DNA of 64,000 bases from Zygnema circumcarinatum SAG 698-1b (taxonomy: Eukaryota; Plantae; Zygnematophyceae). Of the stretch, positions 48,701 through 59,528 are shown one piece after another (within the stretch, counting starts at the first letter, position 1; each line of letters opens with the position of its first letter). Under the pieces are notes generated by a model. The model ran no database searches, was not told where the DNA came from, and saw only the letters and a program-made list of their open reading frames with translations. The position numbers and the translations under genes were made by a program. The stretch lies in NCBI GenBank assembly GCA_037447605.1, contig CM074804.1, forward strand, positions 5,123,909-5,187,908, in the 5' to 3' direction.

Positions 48701-50472
48701 CCTCCATACTCTGAAAAGCATCGACATTCATGAGTTTCATCACAAGCGATCAACCACAGTGTACTCGAAACACACTGAAAAAGCATTGAACGGATCTTAC
48801 ATTCTCAACAATAGCGGAAAACGCAAACAATACGGAACATCTCTACCTGGAACCCTTGCATAAACAATACGACCAGTAATAGCACACACCACCATATTGA
48901 AAAATTACGATTTAAGTTAAGGTTTTATTGATGGAAAAATTCATGAAACAGGACCAAACAGGAAGGAGACGGAGGGAACGTTGATAGTGTGAAAATCCTA
49001 CCCTAAACTACCATTGCGGCCACCCACAAAGAGCACCGCCATATCTTCCTCTCCGTGAATGCCTTGTGTGCGAAGCGTCAGCCATTCCAATGCCGCATCT
49101 GCTTTCATCATCACTTTGTATGTATATATCTGCCCCAAAAGAAGTTCACACCTTATCCATCATTCCAGTTGCTATGATCTATAAAATAGCCTAGTGAGGG
49201 ATTGGGACGACAAGCAAGTAGTAATGGCAAATAATTGCTTACACTGGGGTGCGCTGCTTGACCTTCCAGGAGCTTCCGCTGGAACGAAGAGCAATCCAAT
49301 CCGACTTCTCGATCTTGGAGAAGCTTTCGAGTGGTACGAACTCGCTTTTCTGAACATACTTGGATTTTGGGTGTTTTGTCTGATTCTTCGACCTAATCAC
49401 ATTTCACCACATATAGGCTCTGATCACTGCTACAGACGTGTCCACCAGTAAAGCGAATACATGGTGAGGAAAAGACAATGTCAAACGACGAGAATCAATG
49501 AGAGGTGTTCTGTGAGTTGCACTTGGGCGTATGAGACCTGGAGAGGTAAGTAATTCAACCGTTTTAAAAAACTCACACACAATGTAAACAAGAGAGTTTA
49601 CTTTTTTATATTAGGCGGTTTCTCGAAATTAACAGCCTTTCAAGATGACCCTGAAAAAGGGAGTCTTTGAGACGAGCAATAACGATTATCTATCTGCCGT
49701 CTCTACTAATTTCTCATGCCTGCTTGATAGGCAAAAAAGTACATAAACATGGCTAGCAGGTAACCCGGCCAGGAGCCAGCAGGTACCATTACTTTGGCAC
49801 AGCTTGCCTCTCCAACGCATATTCCATTGGATAAGGTACTCACTCTCTCTCCCGAAGGCGGATGTCGTCGTCCGCGACGGCTCTGCGGATCTGGAAAATA
49901 ACGATTGCGCTCCGCGTCGTAGTAAAACCCGGGAAGCTCTGAAGTCCCATCGAGAAAGAAGCCCTCTGGGTCAGCTCACTCCATGGGGAACAATCTCAGG
50001 CAGAGAGAGAGAGAAAGAAAACAGACAGAGAGAGAGAGAGCGAGGGCGAGAGCGAGAGAGGGAGAGAAAGAAAAAGAGAGAGACAGAGAGACACAAAGAG
50101 ACTGAGAAATAAAAAAAACAGACAGAGAAAGACTGTTTTTGGAGAACAGTTTGATTTCATCGGCCGGTCCGTGGCTATGATTTACAAACAACGATGTTCC
50201 AGGCTAACAAAGCCCCCCCATTGCGCAACCTCTAAGAGATAATGATTCTTTGTGTAGCGGGCTGCTGGCGGTCTGTACTCCATATAATGCAGATTTTGAT
50301 TCGTCAATTGATTAAGGGAATAGAGGTAAGAGCGCTTCATGGGTACCTTGTTCAATAAAGCTCTCATTGAGCACCGCACTAGTTTCTTGGATAGAAAGAT
50401 TACTTTTCAGTAAAGAGAGAGACCGAGAGACGAGACACAGAGAGGGAGAGAGGAAGAGAGAGACAGAAAGAA

Positions 50473-50503
<31 letters not shown>

Positions 50504-50535
50504 CAGAGAGACAGAGAGAGCTTACCGGCAGGCAT
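45800..50535 (-). CDS. WD40-repeat protein, DCAF4/WDR21-like (putative CUL4-DDB1 substrate receptor); 3' end approximate
   Basis: 10-nt first coding exon ATGCCTGCCG (50535-50526, GTAAG donor) splices to an exon starting at 49938, giving MPAELPGFYYDAERNRYFP. Later exons: KLLQDREVG, LFVGGRNGSLG, WTIWTAECSPKG, LVFCGFRNGAISTID, LKRWDRRM...YEGHVNSITSFPLAVDPSETLLLSGGEDCRVRIWNV. Confidence 0.85.
49995..50520. repeat. (GA)n-rich microsatellite blocks in the first intron of the WD40 gene
   Basis: GA/GAGAC repeats at about 49997-50130 and 50410-50520. Confidence 0.8.
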
Positions 50536-50592
50536 TTTGAAGGAGAGGGGACGAGAACACTGCTCGGGACTGGCAGAGCGTAGAGGCTCTTG

Positions 50593-50722
50593 CTAGCCCT
50601 AGCCCTAGCCTTAGCCCTAGTCCTAGCCCTAGCCCTATCCCTAGCCATATCCCTAGTCCTAGCCCTAGCCCTATCCCTAGTCCTAGCCCTAGCCCTAGCC
50701 CTAGCCCTAGCCCTAGCCCTAG
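50593..50722. repeat. (CCCTAG)n telomere-like hexamer array, about 21 units
   Basis: GCCCTA tandem units with a few GTCCTA, ATCCCTA and GCCTTA variants. Confidence 0.9.
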
Positions 50723-51108
50723 GCGCTCAACGGAGCAGAACGTTTAAACTGCGGAGCATGGACATGGAGCCTCCCCAACGGTCACTCCTGCAAGTGACGG
50801 TGACGTGGCAGTAGACCCCATGACGTCACCATTCTCAAATCTGTGGGCGCGGAGAGCCGTTGGGGCCGTTACGAGGAGCACGCTGACGTGGTGACGATTG
50901 TGTGACGTGGCGCCACGGGACTGGCCCGTGCGGAACTCGAATTATTTTTTGAAGTCGGCGCTTTTGGCAGCCCGTGCAGAATATGAGCTTGAATTTTGGC
51001 GGTCGCCGGCCACCTTCTGTTCAGCGGGGAGCGGGAGAGGGAGAGGGAGAGGGAGAGGGAGGGAGGCAGAGGTGCTGAGGTTGCCGGATTGGAAGGGGAA
51101 AGGAAGTC

Positions 51109-52587
51109 ATGGCGGGCAAGGTTACGCTCCTCCTTTTTTTCGCGGTGGTTTTATCCGCGTATCCTCTTTCTGGCACGTGTGAAGTTCGCTGGCCGGGTGC
51201 AATGGAGGATTCAGGTTCCATGGCTGCCATGCCACACATTTCTGGAAGAGCACGGGACCAGATTGTTGGGTTTCCTGAAGTTTCTTGGAATGATCATGGA
51301 GCCGATATTGGATTGGAATCAGGAATCAATCAACTCGGGGGAAGGGAGAACAGGGCGAACCGACATCAGCGGAAAGATCACTTTGCACTTTTAAGGGACA
51401 TCAACCCTGAAAATGCAATCAATAAAGATAATGAGTACGAGAATGAACTCAGTCGCCCCTCGCCTGCATTCTGGTTAAAGCCATCTTACTCCTCTCGTTA
51501 TGAAACGTGCAGCCAGTGATCATCATCTCCGTGCTTCGTTCCATGAGTCGGTCCTATTGTTAATTTTCCGATTTCTTTCTATTCATGCCATGCCCTGTCC
51601 TTCTGTTTGCTTATTACTTTATTCTTTCCCATAATCTTCACACGTTGATGAAATCTTCTTGCAGAAATTCCGATTTCCAACTCGGAGAGCAGAAACGCTT
51701 GGCAGAAATTCACTTTCAAGAAGCGGCTGAACATGTGGTAAAAGCACAGCGGCCGTTGTCTAGCAGTGCTTGCAGCCCTGGAACTCTCGACGCTGCCATG
51801 GAGGCCATCACTGTGGCAAGTGAGCACACCAATAAGGAGAATACGGCGCTGGCGTGGGAGATTGCAGGCCTTGCCCAGGAAAAGATTCAAGTATGCTATC
51901 TTAACTTTACTGCTGCAGAGAGGATGTGTTTGCAAAGGCGACGTGAATGCTCGTCATAATTTTCTAAGGTCAAATCTCATTTCGTGGACGCAGGAATGTT
52001 ATGATCTTGTTATGCGGAAGAGGGATTTCAGGACAGGAAACACTTTACTCGCATCTGCGCTACAAAAAAGTGCAACGCATCTTACCATGGCGCTCAGCTA
52101 CCTTCCACAGAGTCTAGAATCTCCTGTCGAGCACTTACACACCGGAAGCGCCAGTCCAAATGGCAGAAATGGTCACGTGAATACTGAAGTGACGAGAAAA
52201 GAGTTCGCAGCTTCGGGCATTGAAAAGCCGACTCACATCCCCGTCCCAACTCCCAATGAGTTGATCATGGAAGATGAAGGCAGATTGTTTCCGAATTCTG
52301 TTTTTTTCGGCAATCCGTTTTCGCATATGCGAGCGAAAGTACATTTGACAAGTATAAGCCAAGAGCCACATCAACCAATGGACAAGAAGGAGCATGCGGT
52401 TTCTTACAACGCACATAACATGCGAGTGGAGGAAGAGGGTGGAACGCTAGCTCCTGTTGACGAGGAAGAACAGCTAGGGGATGAGGAGGATCTGGAAGAG
52501 GTGGAGGAGGAGGAGAGTCCTGCTGCTCAGATAACTCAGCAATTTGCTTCCTGGATCTTGGCTTGGAGCTCCCTCGGCGATATATGA
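51109..52587 (+). CDS. Hypothetical secreted protein, about 405 aa, 3 exons
   Basis: Exons 51109-51506, 51665-51890, 51994-52587, GT-AG and phase-compatible (2, 0). Signal-peptide-like MAGKVTLLLFFAVVLSAYPLSG, helical middle region, acidic tail. No family recognised. Confidence 0.7.
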
Positions 52588-53209
52588 CAAACTAATAACC
52601 TTTAAAAGGTGCAAGCTTTCTTTCCACTCTAAAGGAAGCCTGCAGAACGAAAGTTGCTTGGTTGCTAGGAACCAACCTATATTTTTACAGAATTTGGCGA
52701 TAACAAGCTCAATCGCAGATGCTTTGTTAATTTCGGTTTTTTAGGTACTCACATGTCCTGCAATGTTTGCATGTACAGGGCCTGTCGCTATTGTAAAGTA
52801 TACCCTTAAAGGATATCGAGACGTTTCCTTCTGCACCAATTTCCTCCTCGGAGAGCGAGTTCCATCCAAGTTGGAGCGTGCATGCCGCTTAATTTGAAGC
52901 ATAGCTGCTTGATTCGAGCGGGAGGCATCTGGCGTGAGCAGTATAGTCATCTAAGCCAGCAATTTGGCTATAGATTCACTCCTTAAGTTTACTTAGACTT
53001 TGGACATAGAGGAGCTTTATGTGCACGGATGCTTGTAGTGTTAAAGAGGCGGGCTCCAATTCGTTAAACCCTTGTGACGGAGGAAGGCCAACTCCTCTGT
53101 TATAAATTCACTGTACGACTTAGACTCATTGACAACACAGTATTTTAACAACAGGTTTAGGACACCTTTTGATCTTGTCCTTAGCCTGGTTTACAAATCA
53201 GCTGTTGGG

Positions 53210-53440
53210 GATGCCTGCCAGCCATTGATCGCCAATGCATTCAACCGTTGCCGATTGTCGGAACCATTGGCAATGGTTGGCGACCATTAAGTCCAATAGC
53301 GTCAGTCCTAGCCAACCATTGCCAGTAGTCGGAACCATTGAATTCAATGGTAGCCAACCATTAGCAATGGTTCCGACTATTGCCGTCACGCCCAGCCAAC
53401 AATTGCCAATGGAGCAAACGATTTGATTCAATGGTTGCCA
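53210..53440. repeat. Degenerate palindromic AACCATTG...CAATGGTT array
   Basis: AACCATTGGCAATGGTT, AACCATTGAATTCAATGGT, AACCATTAGCAATGGTT and similar units. Related to 22470-22710. Confidence 0.7.
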
Positions 53441-53996
53441 GCCGGAGACACGCAGCAGCAAAGTCAGAGCAACAACGAGGCTGCCACGTGGCAGCGGCGT
53501 AGGCGTTGAGCGGGCAAGAGGCCACTGGTCCTACAAAATGGTTCATTTGAATAGTGGCAACAGGAAGTGGCATTGAACATGGGTGTTTGAATGGAGGAAA
53601 AAAGAAAGTAATGGAATGGGCACATTTGATGGCATCGCCATCGTGAGCTCCGCGCCAATTCTCTCGCAACAGGGAAAAAACGGAGGTAAATCCATGGCTA
53701 CCGGTAGCTCGTCGGCAGGACTCTCCAAGTGCCCGGCTTAAGATCGACCCGCGTTGAGACTCCCGCCTGCCGCACGGTACCGTGCGCAGGCAGCATAGCA
53801 TCCAGCGATCCCCTCCCCGCGCAGGCAGGCAGGCAGGCAGGCAGGCCGCGGGGGAGAGGCGCAGTTCCGCCCTTTGTGGCCCGCGGCGTGGCTCGGTTGG
53901 TTGGTGTCAACTTTGCTTCATGGAGACAACGCCTTACACGCCATACAAACGGATTGGAAAGCCCCTCATAGCAGCTCTTGATCAGAACTTTTTTAA

Positions 53997-54096
53997 NNNN
54001 NNNNNNNNNNNNNNNNNNNNNNNNNNNNNNNNNNNNNNNNNNNNNNNNNNNNNNNNNNNNNNNNNNNNNNNNNNNNNNNNNNNNNNNNNNNNNNNN
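53997..54096. other. Assembly gap (100 N); further 10-N gaps at 15884, 31309, 35360, 54830, 55195, 63266
   Basis: Direct reading. Confidence 1.
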
Positions 54097-55520
54097 GGCG
54101 AACCACGGAAGGTCATAGCCGCGATGAGACAAGTGGAAAATGGACGCCGTAGCATTGATTAGCGTGAAGCGCTAACCGCCACACAAGGGGATGAGGAGAC
54201 TTCCCCAGCACAGTGGTAGAAGCTCCAATCACCCACCTAAGAAGGGAGAAGCCCTTCTTCCAAAGCTTTACCACTTTCCACTCAGTCTGTGGATATGCCT
54301 TCACTGCCACGTGTTGTGGGAGCAGTACTCGTAAACTGAGTACATGGTCTTTCGACCGCAGCAAGCGCAAGGCATCAAATGCACATTGCACTAAGGCATC
54401 ACTGCCCATGGCATTCAAGATGATGACATGCCATTCTTTCATCAAGACAGCATTCGGAAATGCTGTTGGAGTCACAAGCATAGCAGGTGGCAATGAATAA
54501 TCAGCAGGGAATGCATCGCACACAAACAACAGATTCCCGCTGAAAACTCCCCCAATCACTTTAAGAATGTCATCCGCCCTTGGAATACAACATTCTACAC
54601 TAGTGATGGCAGCTAATGCGCTGCCCCCCCTACTGTCAAGCCCACCAGCAGAGACTCCTAAGCTGCTGGTGGAGAGCCGTTTTCCGCCGGCCCTTTCCCC
54701 TTCCTGTCTTTCTTGAAAGATGGGCAGTCATAAGACCTATGCCCCACTTTCCTGCAACGGAAACACTTGTTTTCCGCGCGCAAAGCCTCCATCTCCTGTG
54801 GAGCAAGTTTTTTCGGCTGTGGCCGTTGGNNNNNNNNNNGAAATTTCCTCTTGCCATTCCCCTTAGGTCGGCCGCCTGGCGCACCAGTTTTGCGCGGCTG
54901 TTCGACCGTGTCCGCACGCGGCGGACGGGAAGGCCCTGCACCATCTGTAGGCGCAACGTCAGTTTGGACTGCAGCTGCAAACATCAGCTCATCATCCATA
55001 GGTCCCCAAGGTTCCAAGGTACGAGGATTCAGCCGAAGCTGTTTCCGAACGTACGGCTTCAATCCATGGCTGAACCGGAAGAAGAACTCTTCGGGTCCAG
55101 GTGGGAACTTGGTAATTGAAGCCCAAGCCGCACGCAATTCCCGTAGGAATTCAGCCACGCTTCCAGTCTGCATGAGCGACTGGAACCTGTCCCGNNNNNN
55201 NNNNCGTCCGTACAGTACGGACGGTACTTGTCAAAAGATGCCGCCGCATCTCGTGGGTCGCGCCGCCGTGCGGCGCGCCGACGTGCGGCGGCGCGCGGCC
55301 AGATCTCTGGCCGCGGGATCCGTAAGTCGGTGCGTCCGTACATCTGTACGGACGACCAGTACGATCCAAAAGAGATCCTTTGCACGCCACAAGGATCGAG
55401 CCCAAGACCTCCTGCGGTCTTGGCAGCGTCCTAACCTATCCGCTAGGCGCTGAGATGAAGGGATAGTCATAGTATCACTATGAGTACGCCTCCAGGGTCA
55501 CGCTGTAGCGTTACGCTACA
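54097..55520 (-). mobile_element. gypsy-like retroelement fragment: short LTR-like 5' end, gag with CCHC knuckle, overlapping -1-frame second ORF
   Basis: 5' end TGTAGCGTAACG at 55520. gag-like QTGSVAEFLRELR...FSHGLKPYVR and knuckle CFRCRKVGHRSYDC. The second ORF is open from about 54685 to 54113. Two 10-N gaps lie inside; a 100-N gap lies at the 3' side. Confidence 0.7.
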
Positions 55521-58500
55521 TCGACTCTGGCGCTTCCACGCACATGTGTGGCGACAAGCGAATGTTCTCTACGCTGGACACCTTGGAGAGGACCAGATCT
55601 GTTCACTCGGCAACCGGAGAGGGAGTGACAGTTACAAAAGGAGGAGTAGTAAAGATGATCCTCGGAGACGGCTCTGTCATCTACGAAGAAGAAAGAGAAG
55701 AGCGGTTGTGCATCGGTGACGTACTTCACACCCCTGACCTGAAACAGAACTTCATGTCTGTTAGTCAAGTATGTAAGAGGGGGTACGAAGTCACCTTTAA
55801 GGAGAAGTCTTGCGTAGCTACTCACTTGGAGTCGGGGAAGCGGCTGTTTGAGGGGTACGAGAAGGGAGGCCTATATTACCTTCATTATAGAGAGAAGAAG
55901 ATGAGGGTGTGGGATGGCCGTGAATCAGGGTGCAGAAATCTCTGCATCGTAGACTTGGACATCTAAACCATAGGGGACTGCAACAGCTTGCTGCAAGGGG
56001 GCTGGTCCGCGGGTTAGACATTGACATAGTTGAGAAAGAGCTAGGCTTTTGCAAAGAGTGTGTAGAGGGGAAGGCGCATCGGAGACCCTTTTCGAGGAGT
56101 GGAGAGGAATCATTTCACGCGCAGGAGAAACTGGAATTGGTACATACCGATTTGTGTGGCCCCGTGACACCGGCAACGAGCGGAGGAGCTCGCTACTTCA
56201 TCACCTTCCTCGACGATTTTTTCGAGGAAAATTTGGGTGAAAATTCTCAAGTACAAGTCAGAAGCTTTCGGAGCTTTCAGAGATTGGCAGACTCAGATGG
56301 AGCGAGAGAGCGGTCAGAAACTGAAGACGCTGCGCTCGGACAACGGAGGGGAATTCAAGTCGAAGGAGTTCGGCGGGTACTTGAAGGCTCGCGGAATAAG
56401 GCATGAATTTTCTGCTCCTTACTCCCCTCAAAGTAATGGAGCTGCTGAGAGGGTCAATAGGACGCTGGGGGACATGGCACGGACCATGCTGATAGATTCC
56501 CCCTTCCCGGCATCTTTTTGGGGAAAGGCGGTGATGACCGCAACTTACCTTAGAAATAGATGCCCATCTTCTGTGCTTAAGGATCAGGTTCCTGAAGAGG
56601 TGTGGAGTGGGAGGAAACCCACGGTGTCCCACCTGAAGACCTTTGAGCGCTACCGCTGGTCGACAAAGGGGCCAAGGCGCAAGGTAAGAGAAAGCCTGAA
56701 TCGAAAGCCAGGAAGGGTACCTTTCTGGCTACAACATGGATGTACGCGACTCTACCGGGAGGTGTGGGAATCCTCGAAAGCAAACGGCGCAGAGTCGAGA
56801 GACGCTACGCTGGACGGCAGAAGGGGGCGTGACTCGGCTAGGTGAGACCCGCACCCCAAAGGCAGGTTTGGAAATTGTGTACGAGGATGTGGAGAGACAA
56901 ATGGTAGCATGGACGCCTCGTGTCCCACCAGAGGAGATCAGCACTGGTGAGCTGAGAGCCGAGTCGCGGAAGCAACGCCAACGGAGGCGCCGTGGGAGAG
57001 TTGAATCCCGAGGAGATGCTAGCTGGGAGCCGCAGAATCATTTTAATTGAGACGGCACCACTACACACTCACCTGTCCGACGAGGAGAACTCGGCCAAAA
57101 CTGTACTTTGCATGGGCAAGAGTCTGAGGATTTGGAGACGGCTGAGAAAGAGGCTATGTTGTCGAGCATGCCTCCCGGGTTTGTCCCGGGATTTTCTTCA
57201 ACACGAGGAGCCGGAGAGCGCAAGGACCTCGGAGGAGCACCCGTGTGGTGAGGAGGCCTGATCACTACAGGCCTTCGCAGACTAACCTAGTACAGGAAAG
57301 AGTGCCTACAGACTCAGCGGACCTCGCGGGAGCTGCCCACTGTTTTATGATCACCGAACCGCAAACCTTTGAGGAGGCGCACGACGGGGTCGATGGAGAG
57401 AAGTGGCGAGCAGCAATCGACAGCGAGTGGGACAGTTTGCTGGAGAACGGCACGTGGCGACTTGAGGAGCTGCCGAGGGGAAGGAGGGCCATTGGATGCA
57501 AGTGGGTGTTCAAGGTGAAGCGAAAGGCGGACGGGAGCGTCGACCGTTACAAAGCGCGTCTGGTGGCGAAGGGCTTCAACCAGGCGTACGGAATCGACTA
57601 CACTGAGACCTTCGCCCCGCAGAAGTTCAACTCCTCCGCGCCCCAATACTTCCATTGCAAATGTCGCAGGGATGCAATCGCGACATCAACCTCTATATCA
57701 AGACCGCGTTTTTGTACGGAGATCTCGCTGAGGAGATCTACATGGTACAGCCCGAAGGGAAAGTTGTCCCGGGGCAGGAGCATCTCGTTTGTCGTCTTGT
57801 GAAAAGTCTGTACGGACTGAAACAGGCGCCCAGGATTTGGTACGAGAAAATTGATGACCTCTTGAGGAGTAACGGATTTGCGCGATTCGAGACGGATCAT
57901 TCCGTCTACCGACAAGGGGAAGAGGCGGATCTCATGTACGTTGGGATCTACGTGGACGACCTCATAATGGTGAGCCTCTCATTGGAGAGAATCAATGATT
58001 TGAAACAGCTTTTGGAAGCTAACTTCAAAATGTCGGATCTAGGGGAGGCACAGTATCTCCTAGGAATGCAGTTGAAGAGGGGGCAGGACGGTAGCTTATT
58101 TCTTTGTCAGAAGAAGTACGCCGCAGATATACTTGCCAGGTTCAAAATGGAGGAGTGCCGTCCTTGTTCGAGTCCGATGGAGATCGGAATGCGATTGTCG
58201 AGAGATATGATGCCGGCGACAGATGCGGAGGTACAGAGAATGTACGGAGTGCCGTACAGATCGGCAATCGGGAGTTTAATGTATCTGATGATAGGTACTC
58301 GTCCTGACTTGGCAAAAGCTGTGAGCTCAGCAAGTCGGTTCATGGAGAATCGGTCACGAACATTGGGAGGCGTGGAGAAGCGGATCTTGGTCGTGAAAGG
58401 ACCTTGGATTCTGACCTCGAGGAGGTTGAGAGGGCCGGCCCAAGTGATGGATCATACGACTTCCAGTTAGGGAGGTGGCGTGGACTAGCGATCCGCGATC

Positions 58501-59528
58501 GGCGTCGGGATTTGTGTTCACGAGCGGAGAGCTGGCGATCTCATGGAGCTCGAAGTTACAAGATTCGGTGGCGCTGTCGAGCACCGAAGGAGAGTACATG
58601 GGAGCGTGCCACGCAGCAAAGGAGGGGATGTGGTTCCAACATTTCTTTGATGAATGTAAGCGACCACAAACACCATTGACTCTTTTTACGGACAACCAGT
58701 CATCTATAGCTCTTATGGAAAACCCTGTGTTCCATAAAAGAACCAAGCACATTAGGGTGCAATATCATTATGTGCGAGAGTTGGTAGAGGAAGGGATGAT
58801 AGTGGTGAAGTTTGTAGGAACAAAAGAGCAGGCTGCAGAACATTGATGAAAAGGGAGTCACCCGCACACTACTGAGTGAAGTGCAAGGTGATGCCTACTG
58901 ACTAGCAGAACTGAGTCCCAAGAGGGGGATTGTTAGTGTTAGTGTATGATAGTTAGACATCAGACGGGCACACACTAACTCATAAGTGCATCGGGCCAGG
59001 AATACGTAGGATCTCAAGTAGGGCGAAGTGCTCTTAGATCTGCGAATGTCGTGCTCGACTTTGGTGAGGCGCCGCCAGCGCGCTTAGGAGTACCTAACGA
59101 GTTTACTGGGATCGTCGCGCGTGACATGCGAGCTGGAGTAACGTAACGCGAATCGCATTGGTCAAGAGGCGCTGCCGCGATTCGCTGAAGTAATGGACGC
59201 GAAGCGACTCGACCGGGTCGCGACGCTGGCGCGAAAACGCTGAGCGCAGTTGCGCGCCGAAACGCATATGGAAGATATTTGGCGGCGAACCGGAATGCGC
59301 CACGCCGACCACTCGCGATGCTGGTCCGCGAGTTCGAAAGGTGGCCGGAGATGTCGGGCGCTAAGATCGGGCAAGGAGCGCCGCTAAACGGCGAAATCGC
59401 ATTTGACGGGATGTACGATCCGACAAGAACTAGGTCGGCGCCGCCGTAGGTTTACGAGGCAGCTAGCTAGTCGCTATTTCTGAGTGCGCCCACTCAGACT
59501 CAGTGCATGGGTTTGCAATGGCGGACGC
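55521..59528 (+). mobile_element. Ty1/copia retrotransposon A (5' part absent; 3' LTR interrupted)
   Basis: Protease (I)DSGASTHMCG at 55521, LHRRLGH, integrase (HTDLCGP, LRSDNGGEF, PQSNGAAER), RT ([30 protein letters not shown]), RNase H (LSSTEGEY, DNQSSI, KRTKHI). PPT AAGAGGGGGAT at 58920-58930. LTR starts TGTTAG at 58931. Confidence 0.92.

Noticed and set aside
49194-49451. 85-aa plus-strand ORF
   Set aside because: Antisense to a WD40-gene exon (KLLQDREVG).
50400-50814. (LA)n and (RA)n repeat ORFs
   Set aside because: Translations of the CCCTAG array.
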